DNA of 63,603 bases, filler included, from Globobulimina sp. (GCA_003354225.1; 16 parts of 16 records of this genome joined end to end with filler, not necessarily neighbours in it), one strand, 5' to 3'; positions 1 through 11,954 are shown, counted from the first letter of the whole stretch. Program-made: numbers and translations. The notes: a model not told the origin generated them from the sequence alone.

Positions 1-2
1 AG

Positions 3-929
3 AAAGAAAAGGATAAAATCTATACAAAATCACTCGATGATGACAATAAAGGCAATTTTAAGAATAAAAAAACATTCAAACCGTTACAAAGTGCATTAAA
101 AAAATCGATACGAACCGGCCAAATTAATGTATTAAATTACTTGATCACACAAAATATAATACCCATCAACTTATTTGATGATAATATTCAAAGCAAACAG
201 TTCGAGCATGACTTAAAATCATTGTTGTATAATATTTTAAGAGCGATTGAGATTGGATCAAAAAAGAAAAGTGAAACAAAATCAAATTGTTTTTTATGTG
301 CACAACAATTTTGGCCGTATTTAGCAATGAAAGTTAATCATTTAAAACAAAGTATGTTTATCAATAAAAATATAAGAAAAATAAGTGATAATAAAGCATT
401 GAAAAAATTGATAAACTCCGAAAAAAATAAAAATGAAAAAGAAGAAAAAGATAATGAATTAATCAGTAATTTGAAAGCAATGAATGAGGATTATTTAATT
501 ATAAAATATATGTCGCAATTTATGAAAACAATGTTTTCCAACAAACAAATCAGTAATGAACAAATTATGGCTATATTTGATGTATTAATATTTCAGAGGG
601 AAAGGTATATCACATTCAATGATAGGACGGATATCACAAATTCGTGGAAATTATTATACAAACAATTAGTTAGAAATTATTTGTGTTTTGCAGATACTGC
701 TGATTGTTTTGAGTTAGATATGATCGATTATTTAATTTCCGGTGGAGTTCAAATTGATGAGATTGATAGAAACGAAATAAATAACAATGGAAATTTACAA
801 ACCGCAGTGGAAAATGGTGAAAATAATTGGAACATTAAAAATTGGAACCAGCAGACAGTAAAATTAATAATGCCCGACATATTGCCAATTGATATCAATA
901 AACTAATAATTTGTATCTTGTGTTTGTAA
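3..929 (+). CDS. 5'-truncated protein with degenerate ankyrin-like repeats and a C-terminal LPxDIxxLI motif
   Basis: Frame is open from position 3. Ankyrin-like segments: ALKKSIRTGQINVLNYLI and MIDYLISGGVQID...NLQTAVENG. Ends ILPIDINKLIICILCL. Confidence 0.5.
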   Translation, partial: KEKDKIYTKSLDDDNKGNFKNKKTFKPLQSALKKSIRTGQINVLNYLITQNIIPINLFDDNIQSKQFEHDLKSLLYNILRAIEIGSKKKSETKSNCFLCAQQFWPYLAMKVNHLKQSMFINKNIRKISDNKALKKLINSEKNKNEKEEKDNELISNLKAMNEDYLIIKYMSQFMKTMFSNKQISNEQIMAIFDVLIFQRERYITFNDRTDITNSWKLLYKQLVRNYLCFADTADCFELDMIDYLISGGVQIDEIDRNEINNNGNLQTAVENGENNWNIKNWNQQTVKLIMPDILPIDINKLIICILCL

Positions 930-2226
930 AAAAAAAGTAGGAATTAACTCTTCCAATCATGTCAACCACGTCCCATTCTGAGCAATAACCAATAAATTGA
1001 ATTAATAATATTTATATGGCTTTGACTGTTTGAAGCACCGAATATTTGATTAAATATAACAATGATTGCGCTCATTATCGCCAATGGAAGCTATAATCAC
1101 TATTCTTCTGAGTTTTGTAATCATAACAACCATTATAGCAGTATTCATCATATATCATTAAGCATTATTAAAAACAAAATCAATGTACATCTTTTTTAAA
1201 TATTGAATAAACTCTATAAAGTAAAAATGTATGCATTGCAATTGTCAGATGTATGACCGATACCGATATAAAGATGGATAAAATGCGAAACAGCATTGTT
1301 GAATGTTCCTTGTTGGATTTGATCAGGCGACATGACATGATACATAAACGTTTTTTTACTTAGAGAGCTACTACGTACAGGCCGGCAATATTGTATCTCC
1401 GATCCCTGCCGCAGTCCAGAAACAAAAGTACAAAACAAACACAAACAAGGTTTGATTATCTATGCAGTATATTTCTGCTATTTTTATAATGACCACAATT
1501 AAAGAAATTGCGCATTTGGGAGAAATTACTGTCACTCCCTCAATCTAATACAGATGAAATTATTCCAATGCCCATTAAATGTATAATTTTACCAAATGGA
1601 TTACCTGTAATTTTTATTAATTATATAATTATTTTGTATTTCTGTTCTGAAAGATATGAATTTTGGATAGTTGGTGGTGGAGCGGCCGATGATGGTTTAA
1701 CAGCAATGAGCTTGTGTTTTAACAATGGAATGGATGAGAGATATATGTTATTATTTGGTGGAAAGAGAACTGAAGAAATGATATTTATATAATGGCCATG
1801 ATATAGTAAACGATATTGAATTGCGTATACAGCGAATTAATTCGAATATGAAATGTCCAACAAAACAAATTAATGTTTTATGCCTGTACATGTTTAATGA
1901 GACCTGTTATATTAGGGATTGTTTCAAATTGTTTGATATCATATCAAATATCCACCAAATGATGTTTTGACTGCAGTGAGTGATCTGAGTCATGTGCTGG
2001 GACCCCATTAAATGCATGATCTGTCCTTCTAGATTTAAATAATGTGTTTTGAATTATGGTTCATTTCGATTACAACTTTGACTGGCAATTTATCAGCAAA
2101 TTTAGGATCTAACCATCCTTTGCTAGGAACATCCTCAAATAAAATGGAATATTAAATATAGAATCAACACATACATACAACTCATCACAAACAACTTAAA
2201 CGACACACAAGTGACATGTACACAAA

Positions 2227-3885
2227 TTATTGCTTGCAATTGGTCCTACAAATCAGCAGTTGACCATCGTTATTTGTGCACGACGCAATAATCCATTTTT
2301 GTAATTTATTAACTTCATATCGATTGTTATACGCTATCGGTTCCTTTTCGCGCGAATCCAATTTATACCAAATATTGTTGATTCGTTTAATTGTTATCCA
2401 ATGTCTTCGTTTTATAAAACCAAACGATTTCCTCAATGGGATATTCAATATAAACCCGAAAAATTGGTGACATTGAACTGTACCCTTCGAACACAACCAT
2501 TCTTCGTTGAAAATATCTATTTCATTTTGTGCTTTTCTGGAATCAAACCATTGAACATCAACCAATGCATTCTGCAATATCACCATCAATACATTTACGT
2601 CATAATTACCGACAAACAATGTTTTGTGCGGATTTACATATTTATTTGGTGCCAACTCTTGACATATTTTATCCAAATCTTGTGCGCAATATTTTGTTTC
2701 TTGAAACAGCGTATTTAATGCGTGCAATATCGACATTTCCAATGACTGTTTCTCAAAATATATCACTTTCTGCTTGTATGCAATGTTAACGTTTCCAGTC
2801 AAATCCAATTCCTCTTCCTTTTCTTCATAATCATCCACATGTTTCTCATCCATTTTCTTTGTCTCATCCTGCATAATCCGGTCCATTTTATCATGATACT
2901 CCCAAAAATCGCAATTTTGTACTCTGCTGATCAACTGCACGGGAGATATATGCTGAATTTGTGGATATTTCATATTGATCACAGTCGCAGTCAGATGTAA
3001 ATATTCTTTCTTTGTTTTATCAAAACAATCTGCGCTGTCATGCTGCGGGGATATCTCCGGTGTATCACTCACATCGTCCAACATCTGAGCAGTGGCTGAC
3101 AAACTGTCCATGGCATTCATCATATTCATATTCATATTCATATTCATCTCCATATCCATTGCAAAGTTATCACCTTCGACTTCGAAGCCAAGATCTTGTG
3201 CTGTTTAATTGTGCAAAGCTTAATCATTAATTAACAGCATATTGTCCAACATCAACAGACCTAAAATGGTAGATTGTGGAAGAGAGAGTGTATATGGAAT
3301 GGCGGGGAAATGTTTAGTTTTTGATAAACTATCGCTATATGTTCGGATTGCATGTGGTTTGGATGTATTTCTGTTTGATTTCGCTCTGTGATCTCTCTCT
3401 TTTGCCAGCTCCGCCATTAATATTTCTTTCTCTTTCTGCAATAAAAGATTCTTTTCTTTTATAGATGCGATTTCTTGAGTTAATGTTTCAATTTCTAGTG
3501 TTTGTGCACTTAAATCTTGCTCAGCAATGCTATGAAAATTTGTTATTTCTATTTCTAAGCTCTCTTTTTCTTTTTTGTACTCAGTATATTCTTTTAATTT
3601 TTGCTGTAACGTTGTTATTTCGTCTCGTTTATCCGCCGAATATCCGCGTTCTAATCGTAACTGTTTTGTTAAATCATTGGAGAGTGAGACGTGACTGATT
3701 TGGCTGTATTGTTGGTCTAATACTAATAAATCATTTTGCGAGACTGCCTCTTTATATTTTAATGTGTATTCAGCGCACATGTTTTTTAATATATTTATTT
3801 TGTCATTCAATATCCGAATTTCTACATCTTTCGAATCTATCTGTTGTTGTTGTTGATGCTTTGAATTTCTTTTATATTTTATTAA
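2227..3885 (-). CDS. 5'-truncated coiled-coil + Josephin-domain protein (catalytic Cys replaced by Ser); 2 exons, intron 3201-3260
   Basis: Josephin motifs YFEKQ....SILHALN, GNYDVNVLM, GFILN, RHWITI and WYKLDS. A GTCTGT...AAACAG intron joins ORF 3220-3810 to ORF 2227-3159 in frame (TILA|QDLGFEV). Confidence 0.85.
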
Positions 3886-3985
3886 NNNNNNNNNNNNNNN
3901 NNNNNNNNNNNNNNNNNNNNNNNNNNNNNTTAATTAATTAANNNNNNNNNNNNNNNNNNNNNNNNNNNNNNNNNNNNNNNNNNNN
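3886..3985. other. Artificial contig linker (first of 15; others start at 7871, 11855, 15838, 19820, 23802, 27784, 31766, 35748, 39729, 43709, 47689, 51669, 55648, 59626)
   Basis: Identical 100-nt N44-TTAATTAATTAA-N44 blocks with stops in all six frames. Contig lengths fall from 3885 to 3878 nt. Confidence 0.98.
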
Positions 3986-4075
3986 CTACTTTTTTTTATG
4001 TTAACAAACGAAAACGCTGTACGCCTACTTTTTTGGCAACAAAAAAACAAACACAACACAACACACACACAAACA

Positions 4076-4250
4076 CAAAATCCAATGCATATTATTACAA
4101 CGGCGCCATTATAAGCAAATACAATGGAAATGATTACATCGGCGCCATTTGGCGCAAATCCGATGGATATTATTGCACCGATGGCATTTGGCGCAAATCC
4201 AATGGATATTGTTACAGCGGCGCCATTTGACGCAAATCCAATGGATTAAA
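4076..4250. repeat. 39-bp tandem repeat, about 4.3 degenerate copies
   Basis: Consensus approximately CAAATCCAATGGATATTATTACAxCGGCGCCATTTGGCG, repeated head-to-tail with no spacers. Confidence 0.85.
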
Positions 4251-4902
4251 TGGTTGTTGATGCAATTTGGATTTGACATATTTAAAATTGCGCACTGCTT
4301 TTTGGAATCTACATTTGACGATATCCCACAAAATATTATTCCACACTGTGGGATTTGTATGCAATGCTGTATAATTTGTAAATTAATCATAAAATAACGT
4401 CATTCTCACATTCTCGTTTCTAACATCCGGGACGATGTTGAAAGAGAGAGAAATTCTATAAATGTGAATATAATGTTTACGCTGCGGACGTAAACTATGA
4501 AATGTACTAAATACATAATGATATTAACATAATAAAATATATATTGGTGTGACTTACAGACTCGAGCCTTACTTTGATAAAAGTAACTTAGTTTTTCGGT
4601 GAGTCAGACTTACTGTAAAATTAAGAAAAAAGTACTATACCTTTAAAAGTGTTATAAAGTGAATAAATAAGTGTTTACCCCATCCCTGAGATCTATCAAT
4701 ATGTAATGTGAATAATTGGTAATTGAAAATAAACATTTGTCCACAAATCAAATAATGTCCACAAATCAAATATATATTGACAAATAAAATTAATATAAAA
4801 TATAAAATAACTAATAATATATGTACACTTTGTGTAAAATTAAAGGAAAATAATAGTGTAAAATATAAAATAAATTGTTTGTAAAATAGCAAATCTAATT
4901 AA

Positions 4903-7272
4903 TTATCTGCCATAGCCATAAACGTTGCCACTTCCTCGACTGTCACATCTATTTGAAATGTGTTTGTCGACAACAAAGCAAAATCGACACATGTGATGCC
5001 AATCACATCTTTCATGACATTGACTATAGAAACATCTTCCTTTCTCATGATAGTTACAAATATATTGAGTTAATTCGGGTCCGCCATATAATACACCATT
5101 CTTTGCATGGTAACACTGCATTTTTGTGTTCATGTGAGATCACCGATAGTTTCCACTCATTGAATGTATGCCGATCACCTAAATTCTCACCGGCACTCAC
5201 TCCACGCTCCAACACTGCCTTTCTTCTCTTCAATAAAAAGTGATTGAACGCTTTCAATCCTTCGTTACCAATCAAATTCGTACTTAATTCATTCTGAACA
5301 TATTTTGCCAATTTCATCCATTGTAAACCAGCCGCTGTCAAATAAGCGCTTTGTATTAATGTTTCTGATTTAATCCCTTTATTTCTATGAATGTCGGCCA
5401 ATTCTGTGATTGTGGTCGAGATCATCATAATCACTTTGTACGTAGCATTGTGATCTTGTTTGAATGCTTTGATTGCAGCATCAATATTAGTATGATTTTG
5501 TGACCAATTAATATCTCCCGTTAATGCTAAATATCTTAATATATCATTCAATGAGGCACCGCCTGTTGTGCATAGACGATAATATCCAATCTTTGCTGAT
5601 ATTCGTTTTTTCTTTGATACATTTCCATTGATTTCATTGCCAAGTTCACTTTGATCCTTTTGATATTCCATAAAATCATAATAATCTAAGTTAGGGGGAG
5701 TTTTTTCAGGGATGGGTATAATTAATATTTTATTAGTTAGTGCAATTTCGCACTTATTTGTATACGGATTACGAAAAAATACGGATTACTGAAAAAACGG
5801 ATTTATTGAAAATAGACAAAACATGCACACCTACACCGTTTTTATGCATTGACACAACACATTGTAAATACGAAGAGAAACAACAAAATATACACAAACA
5901 TACTCTTCATTATCGATTGTTTAATGTCATTGTCAGTAACATGGTTACCACCATATTTTTGCATCAAATCCGTGAATTGAACGGTTTCATCTTCATTGTT
6001 AATGCCCGGATGCATAAAAGAAAGGCCATCCACTAAAGCCGCTTTATTATTGGACTGGAGGTCATCGTAGACACTTTGCTGAATATTCTTGGCATTTTGA
6101 ACTAATTCTTGGTTGAAGTTATCATTTTCAATGTTAACATTAAGATTGCGATCAATCGTTCGACGACTCCGTAAGTTTACAGCTAATTTTCGTTGCTTGT
6201 TGCGACTGTTTAAATTATCTAATAACGAAGGTTTAGAAACTGTGAAATTATTCGTGCCTCCTACACCAACGCCATTATTGCTGACATTGCTTAAATTCTT
6301 CAGCCAATCACTGCCCGCATTGTCATCGGATTTAGTCTCTGTTTCCGTATCATGAACAACGGCGTCCTCCACCTTCTTATTATGATTGTTATTCGCGTTG
6401 TTAATCGGTAATAAATTCAATATATTCTTTCTGTACAATTCGAATTCTTCGCTCTTATTTAATGGGTTAATTAATTGCTGGATGATTGGGGCTAATTTGC
6501 TAAAATCAGGTTTGAAATTTGCAGATTTATAGGAAACAGTTGTCTCTGTTAAACCAAAATAGAAATATAATTTTGCTTTTGGTGTGTTCTTAAATCGCAT
6601 ATTAGTTTGATCACTGATAAATTGATTGAATTGATTAATAATTGTGCTCCATACTGTTCTCGCGAACTCTGCGTATTGTTGAACTTGATTAATATCATAA
6701 TTTGTCGGAGTACCTCGGGCTGAGATTAATATGTTTTCTATGACCTGCAATGAAGCAAAGTCTTGCTCTTGAAAGTACTCTGTAAGCGATGCGGCAATGA
6801 TACTAATCGCTTGAGCTTTGATCTTCTTTACAAGTATCCATTTAAAATCATCTGTTGAGTCCGGAAAGGCGCGGTTATTCGCATCGGTCGACGCCCAAAG
6901 CGGATCAGAACGATCATTGATGACTAATTGACTGCTGCATAATAATCGTAATCTGGTAAATGCCGCCGTGGAGTCATCAACTCTGCCAATCGTGTATCCT
7001 GTTTCTGTCCCCTTAGAGGGATCAGATTGATCTTTGGCTCTTTCATGAAAAATGTATTTGAATCCTAAATTGATTGAATCGTATTCTTTGATTAATACTT
7101 TACTTATTGACGTGTAAGGTTCATATGCTGCTTCTTCGTATATCGGTGTTGTTAGATTGACTATTCTCGTTGCTGTTGCTAATTTGATATTTACGCCACT
7201 GAGGGCTTTCCCGACGTCGAAGGTGAAGGACATTCTATATTGTCTTTTGGTTATAGCGTTTACGTTATGCAA
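4903..7272 (-). mobile_element. Possible gag-like gene of a DIRS/Ngaro-type retroelement, split over three ORFs (5842-7272, 5054-5671, 4903-5133)
   Basis: Three consecutive same-strand ORFs ending in CNYHEKGRCFYSQCHERCDWHHMCRFCFVVDKHISNRC, a CCCH+CCHC knuckle of the type seen in DIRS/Ngaro gag proteins. No RT or tyrosine recombinase on this contig. Confidence 0.4.
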
Positions 7273-7458
7273 GAAACAAAAAAGAAATTTTAAAACTTAA
7301 ATAAAACTGAAGTAAGACTAGAAAACTAAAACTAAAACTAAATAATTTAAACAAATATTCTGTCACCAATCAAAACCCCTGTTCAACGAATAGAACATAG
7401 TGTTTGTTCACGAATTAGCAAACATCAAAAAGTATTATTTGACAATGAAGCAATAATA

Positions 7459-7870
7459 TTGGGGAATACAAAAGTGTTCAATGCGCATTTAAATGGTGAA
7501 TGGTTTCATGAGTTAACCACTGAGTTATTGATATTCAGTGGCAATTTATATTTTGCTGCACAACAAGAATATGATACATTTTGTAGATATAATGGATTGT
7601 GTTTAAAACCATATGTTAAAGAAATTGAGATTGATGCAAGAAATAAAAAGTTAATCTGTGATGACGGATTTATAAAGAATTCAGATGCAGAAATAGTATG
7701 TCCCCATTTATATCGTAAAAGAAATGGATATGAAATATCGCCAACATCATCGATTAAGAATTATATTCGAAATCAGCGCAATTGGAGTTTTGTGATTGGT
7801 TCAGATGCATACGACATTTTGTTCAAAATGAAAAAAATAACATTTTTTCAAATCAACCCAAACTCTTCAT
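7459..7870 (+). CDS. Hypothetical protein, 3'-truncated
   Basis: ORF of more than 135 codons running into the linker; no recognised motif. Confidence 0.35.
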
Positions 7871-8113
7871 NNNNNNNNNNNNNNNNNNNNNNNNNNNNNN
7901 NNNNNNNNNNNNNNTTAATTAATTAANNNNNNNNNNNNNNNNNNNNNNNNNNNNNNNNNNNNNNNNNNNNTGGATATTCAATCTAAGCAGAAAGGAGAGA
8001 ATGGTTGAGTTGAAGAGTTAAAGTTGATGAAAAGTTGTGGTTTAAGAAAAACTGCAAAGTTGAAATCTGATTATATAACAAAAACACATGTTTCTGTTGC
8101 AGCAGGTTTAACT

Positions 8114-8605
8114 TTATTTAAGTTGCCTTATTTGGCCATATGTGTTATCAAAAGATGTCCATTCATCAAAAAATCCATTAGCAAAGTCTTGATCAAGATT
8201 CACTAAAATATATTGATCATCATTTAATGTGTAACATATTCTTGACACATTATGTTTGACTATAAATTGTAAACAATATTCGCATGGTTTTGCATTTCCA
8301 ATTAATCCATTTGGTTTTACTCGTGCGATATAAATTGTTGCTCCGCATAATTGATATTTTAATCTTTGTTCCCTTGCCTTGCAAATTGCTTCTTGTTCCG
8401 CGTGAATAGCATTGCAATTATAATCAACTACACTCATTTTATTAAATACTTCACAATGATGTCCAGAGAATGATCTATTGTATCCACATGATATCAATTC
8501 ATTAGTTTCGGATTTCCGGATTGTTGCACATAACTTATAAGATACGTATTCATCATATTTACGTTTCCGAATTAAATCTACCGTGTGCTTTAAATGTCTT
8601 CTCAT
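8114..8605 (-). CDS. Zinc-dependent cytidine/deoxycytidylate deaminase-family protein
   Basis: LISCGYN, IHAEQEAI, GATIYIARV, NAKPCEYC and VSRICYT; zinc ligands and catalytic Glu intact; intronless, 163 aa. Confidence 0.92.
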   Translation of the reverse strand: MRRHLKHTVDLIRKRKYDEYVSYKLCATIRKSETNELISCGYNRSFSGHHCEVFNKMSVVDYNCNAIHAEQEAICKAREQRLKYQLCGATIYIARVKPNGLIGNAKPCEYCLQFIVKHNVSRICYTLNDDQYILVNLDQDFANGFFDEWTSFDNTYGQIRQLK

Positions 8606-8696
8606 AAAATAGTTACAAAGGGTACGAAATTTACATCAATTTCTACTCAGTAAATTGACATTTAATTAATTAAAAGTGAAAACTTTCCAAAGTACC

Positions 8697-11600
8697 ATGT
8701 CAGATAAAACGAAAGAGAATAAAGTGTGGAATGCTTATATTGATAAGTATGAGGAGGAACCATTCAATATGGGAAAGTTCCATAATTTTGCAATTGGATC
8801 AAATAATCCGTTCGATTCAGTCTCATTTCAAATTGCAGCCAAAATATACCGAAGAAATAAAGGAAAAGGTAAAATACCAACAAACAAAGAAGAAAAAAAA
8901 GAATCTCCAGCAGCGATGACATTATTGAATTCCGATGACATTATTAAATTAAAAAAACAAAATGCCGAACTAAGAAAACAAGTGGATGAGGTATTGTAAC
9001 TTAAATATTTTACGCGTTTTCAATTTAATACATACAGAACAAAAACAATGTTATTTAGTTATTATCATCGGTTGTAACAAAACGAGACTATAATCAAAAC
9101 ACAGACGTTAAAGAAGAAAAGAAAGAAGAAAAAAAAGAAGAAAAAAAAGAAGAAAAAGACGAAGAAGCAAAGGCAAAGAATCCGTATAAGTTTATGTCAA
9201 CATACAAACTTTGGAGCGAAATTGATAAAGGAATACAAAAAGGTTTGTTATATATCATTTATATAATTTACAAATAAACTAATTACATATATTTACAAAT
9301 CAATATTAATTGTAGGCGATGTTGATTTTATTCGTCATTTATTAAATGAAGGCATTGTCACTGTTAATTCAACGCGATCCAAATCTGGGCCTTCAATGTT
9401 AATCACCGCAGCCAGCCATGGCCAATATCAAATCGTTCAAATGTTACTAAATTTGGGTGCCGACGTAAATTATAAAGTTTTGTAACTACATATTTAACAT
9501 TCAACAAATAGAAAAACGTTTTTTTTTGTTGCTTCAGGACCGGTGGCACCGCGATGCATTGGGCGTAGCTCAAAGTAATGGACAGTACCATGTTGAAAAA
9601 CTGTTATGTTTTTATATTTATGTACGTATTTATAGTATAATATTTATATTATTTCAGTTTAATGTTCTCGAAAATGGATGCATCGGCAAGCGAAGATATT
9701 ACTAAAATTGCGAGCACACTCAACACGCAAAGTGGTTTTATGCATTATATGTTTGCATCCGCCAAAGCCAAAGGAAGCACTGAAACTGTATTTGGCGGCA
9801 TTGTGGATATTATGATTGATATTATACAAAAAAAAAAGGCATTTTCCGATGATATATTAAATGTAGCATTCGATTATTCGATTAAGAAAGCAGTAAAATC
9901 GAATGTTGGCGAAGGTGATGGAGATAGAGAGCATAAAGAAAACAAACAAGACAACGACATTGAATCCATTGATCGCGATGTGGTGATATCGACAGATTTG
10001 TGGCAATGTATATATTCAACGTGTGCTGATATTATAACTGACAAAGAACATAATAAATTGGATTGGTACTGGTTGAAAACATATTTATTAAGTTCCTCAA
10101 TTTGGTTCAGACAGTTTAAAGATGCCAGAAATAACAATGAATTAAGTTCTCTTTATTTTGAATTATTGGATATTGTTTCGGGTCAAGCAGCCTCGCAAAT
10201 TGATGTTTATTTAAAACAACCATTTAAACAAATTGCCGATGATAATAAAGCTGATTGGGAGGAATTATGTGCTTTTGATGTGAATATTGATCATATTGGA
10301 GATATTCGACAGGATGCAATTGAAAATGGACATAAATCGCAATATACGCGAGATATTTTAGGCAAAAAATGTGTATCTATTGACCCATTTAATGCCTTCA
10401 ACCATTATGATACGCGACAATATTTATCATCCTTGGTGTTAACAGCGCAAATGGTCAACAATCAATTTCAAAAAGATATTGTTAAAATATTTGACGTAAA
10501 CTTAAAAACATTGGTTGGAAAATATGATTGTATTTATAAGGAAGGACCGGTGAAATTATTATCGAGATGTCAGGCGAAAGCGGAGACTGATTATAGGAAT
10601 GAAAAATTTCCTGTTTCTGCGCATGTTTTAGGTTTGTTTATAATGGAATTTATTGTATAACTTTTATTTTTTATATTTGTTACAGATATAAATCGGTGTT
10701 CACTCATTTTTGATGACGTTAATTCTATGTTGCGAGGCTTGAAATTATTTGCAGAAACTGTCCAACATTATGAGCAAAATGAAATTTGTATCACCAACAT
10801 ACTTCGAATTAAGAATGGTTGGAAAGAATACGATCATAATAAGCCCTCTTATGCAGATATAAAATTTAATGTTGTCATTGCTGGCGAATATCACTCCATT
10901 ATCGGTGAGGTACAAATGTTATTGCACAGTATGATGCAATTTAAAAATAAACAACATCCATTATACTCAATCGAGCGTAAAAAAGAATTTTTAAACTCTT
11001 TAGGCGATATACTACCATTTTTGACAGATATTCCAAAGACATTGTATGCCAATGCAACCTTAGGGAATGTAAAAGGTATTTGTGATGCGATGGTGACTCA
11101 ACATTTGAACGTTGCACAACTTGTGTGTGAAAATAATATATTTGATTTAGTTTGCACGTCTGGGCATGTCGGAGCTGCTCAGTTTTTGATGGAAGTGATG
11201 TCCGATGAGATGATCATTGAACGGCTGAACACTAAAAATGATTGGAACATCCCTTTGCATGCTGATATTGTAAAAACTGGGAACAGACAAATGCTTAAAT
11301 TAATATTTAACCATGATCCGTTTCGAAATAATTTGGCTGAGGATGGATGGACCCATATCTTCGATGGTATGCTGAGATACTGCGACTTTGAGACATCTAA
11401 AATTATTTTAATGACTGACAATGTTTATAAACGAATTGGCAGAGCAGCATGGAAAGAGGCAATAGCTCGTTCATTGCGGTATGGCAAGAGAGATTTTTTG
11501 GTATTATTTACAAATTTGTGTGGGGAACAAACGTCGAAACAAATAATTGTTTCAGAGAATCTTTTACAAGTTTGTGTAGAGACAAATTGGGACGAATATA

Positions 11601-11854
11601 GATTAGATTTATGTAAATATATCATAAATTTTGGTGATTATCAAAAAGATATTGGTGTCCAGAGTATTGCGGATGCGCTGTATATCACTGTTGAGAAGAA
11701 CGATATTGATACATTTCATATGCTTTGTAATGATTTAATAAAATTTAGAAATGAGAAAGTTGAGAAATATTTATTGATGTCACATTCGAAGACACAGCAA
11801 ACCACATTGCAATGTGCCTGCGACAAAGGGAATCGTGGTGGTTTTATTGATATT
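8697..11854 (+). CDS. Ankyrin - RelA/SpoT-synthetase-like nucleotidyltransferase - ankyrin-like repeat protein, at least 949 aa, 3'-truncated. Exons 8697-8990, 9059-9242, 9316-9476, 9538-9602, 9658-10631, 10686-11854
   Basis: Five GT-AG introns give one continuous frame. Ankyrin: MLITAASHGQYQIVQMLLNLGADVNYKD. Synthetase-like motifs: GPVKLLSRCQAK, VLDINRCS, RIKNGW...SYADIKFNV, GEVQMLL...HPLY. C-terminal ankyrin-like repeats: VCTSGHVGAAQFLM, TTLQCACDKGN. Confidence 0.82.
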
Positions 11855-11954
11855 NNNNNNNNNNNNNNNNNNNNNNNNNNNNNNNNNNNNNNNNNNNNTT
11901 AATTAATTAANNNNNNNNNNNNNNNNNNNNNNNNNNNNNNNNNNNNNNNNNNNN

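Noticed and set aside
1508-1792. Kelch-like fragments (WIVGGG, MLLFGG)
   Set aside because: Too short and broken to support a gene model; at most a remnant.
3111-3160. (CATATT)n, (GAAGAAAAAAAA)n at about 9112-9160, and RS/RD repeats at 62700-63120
   Set aside because: Ordinary coding low-complexity tracts (MN, EEKK, RS).
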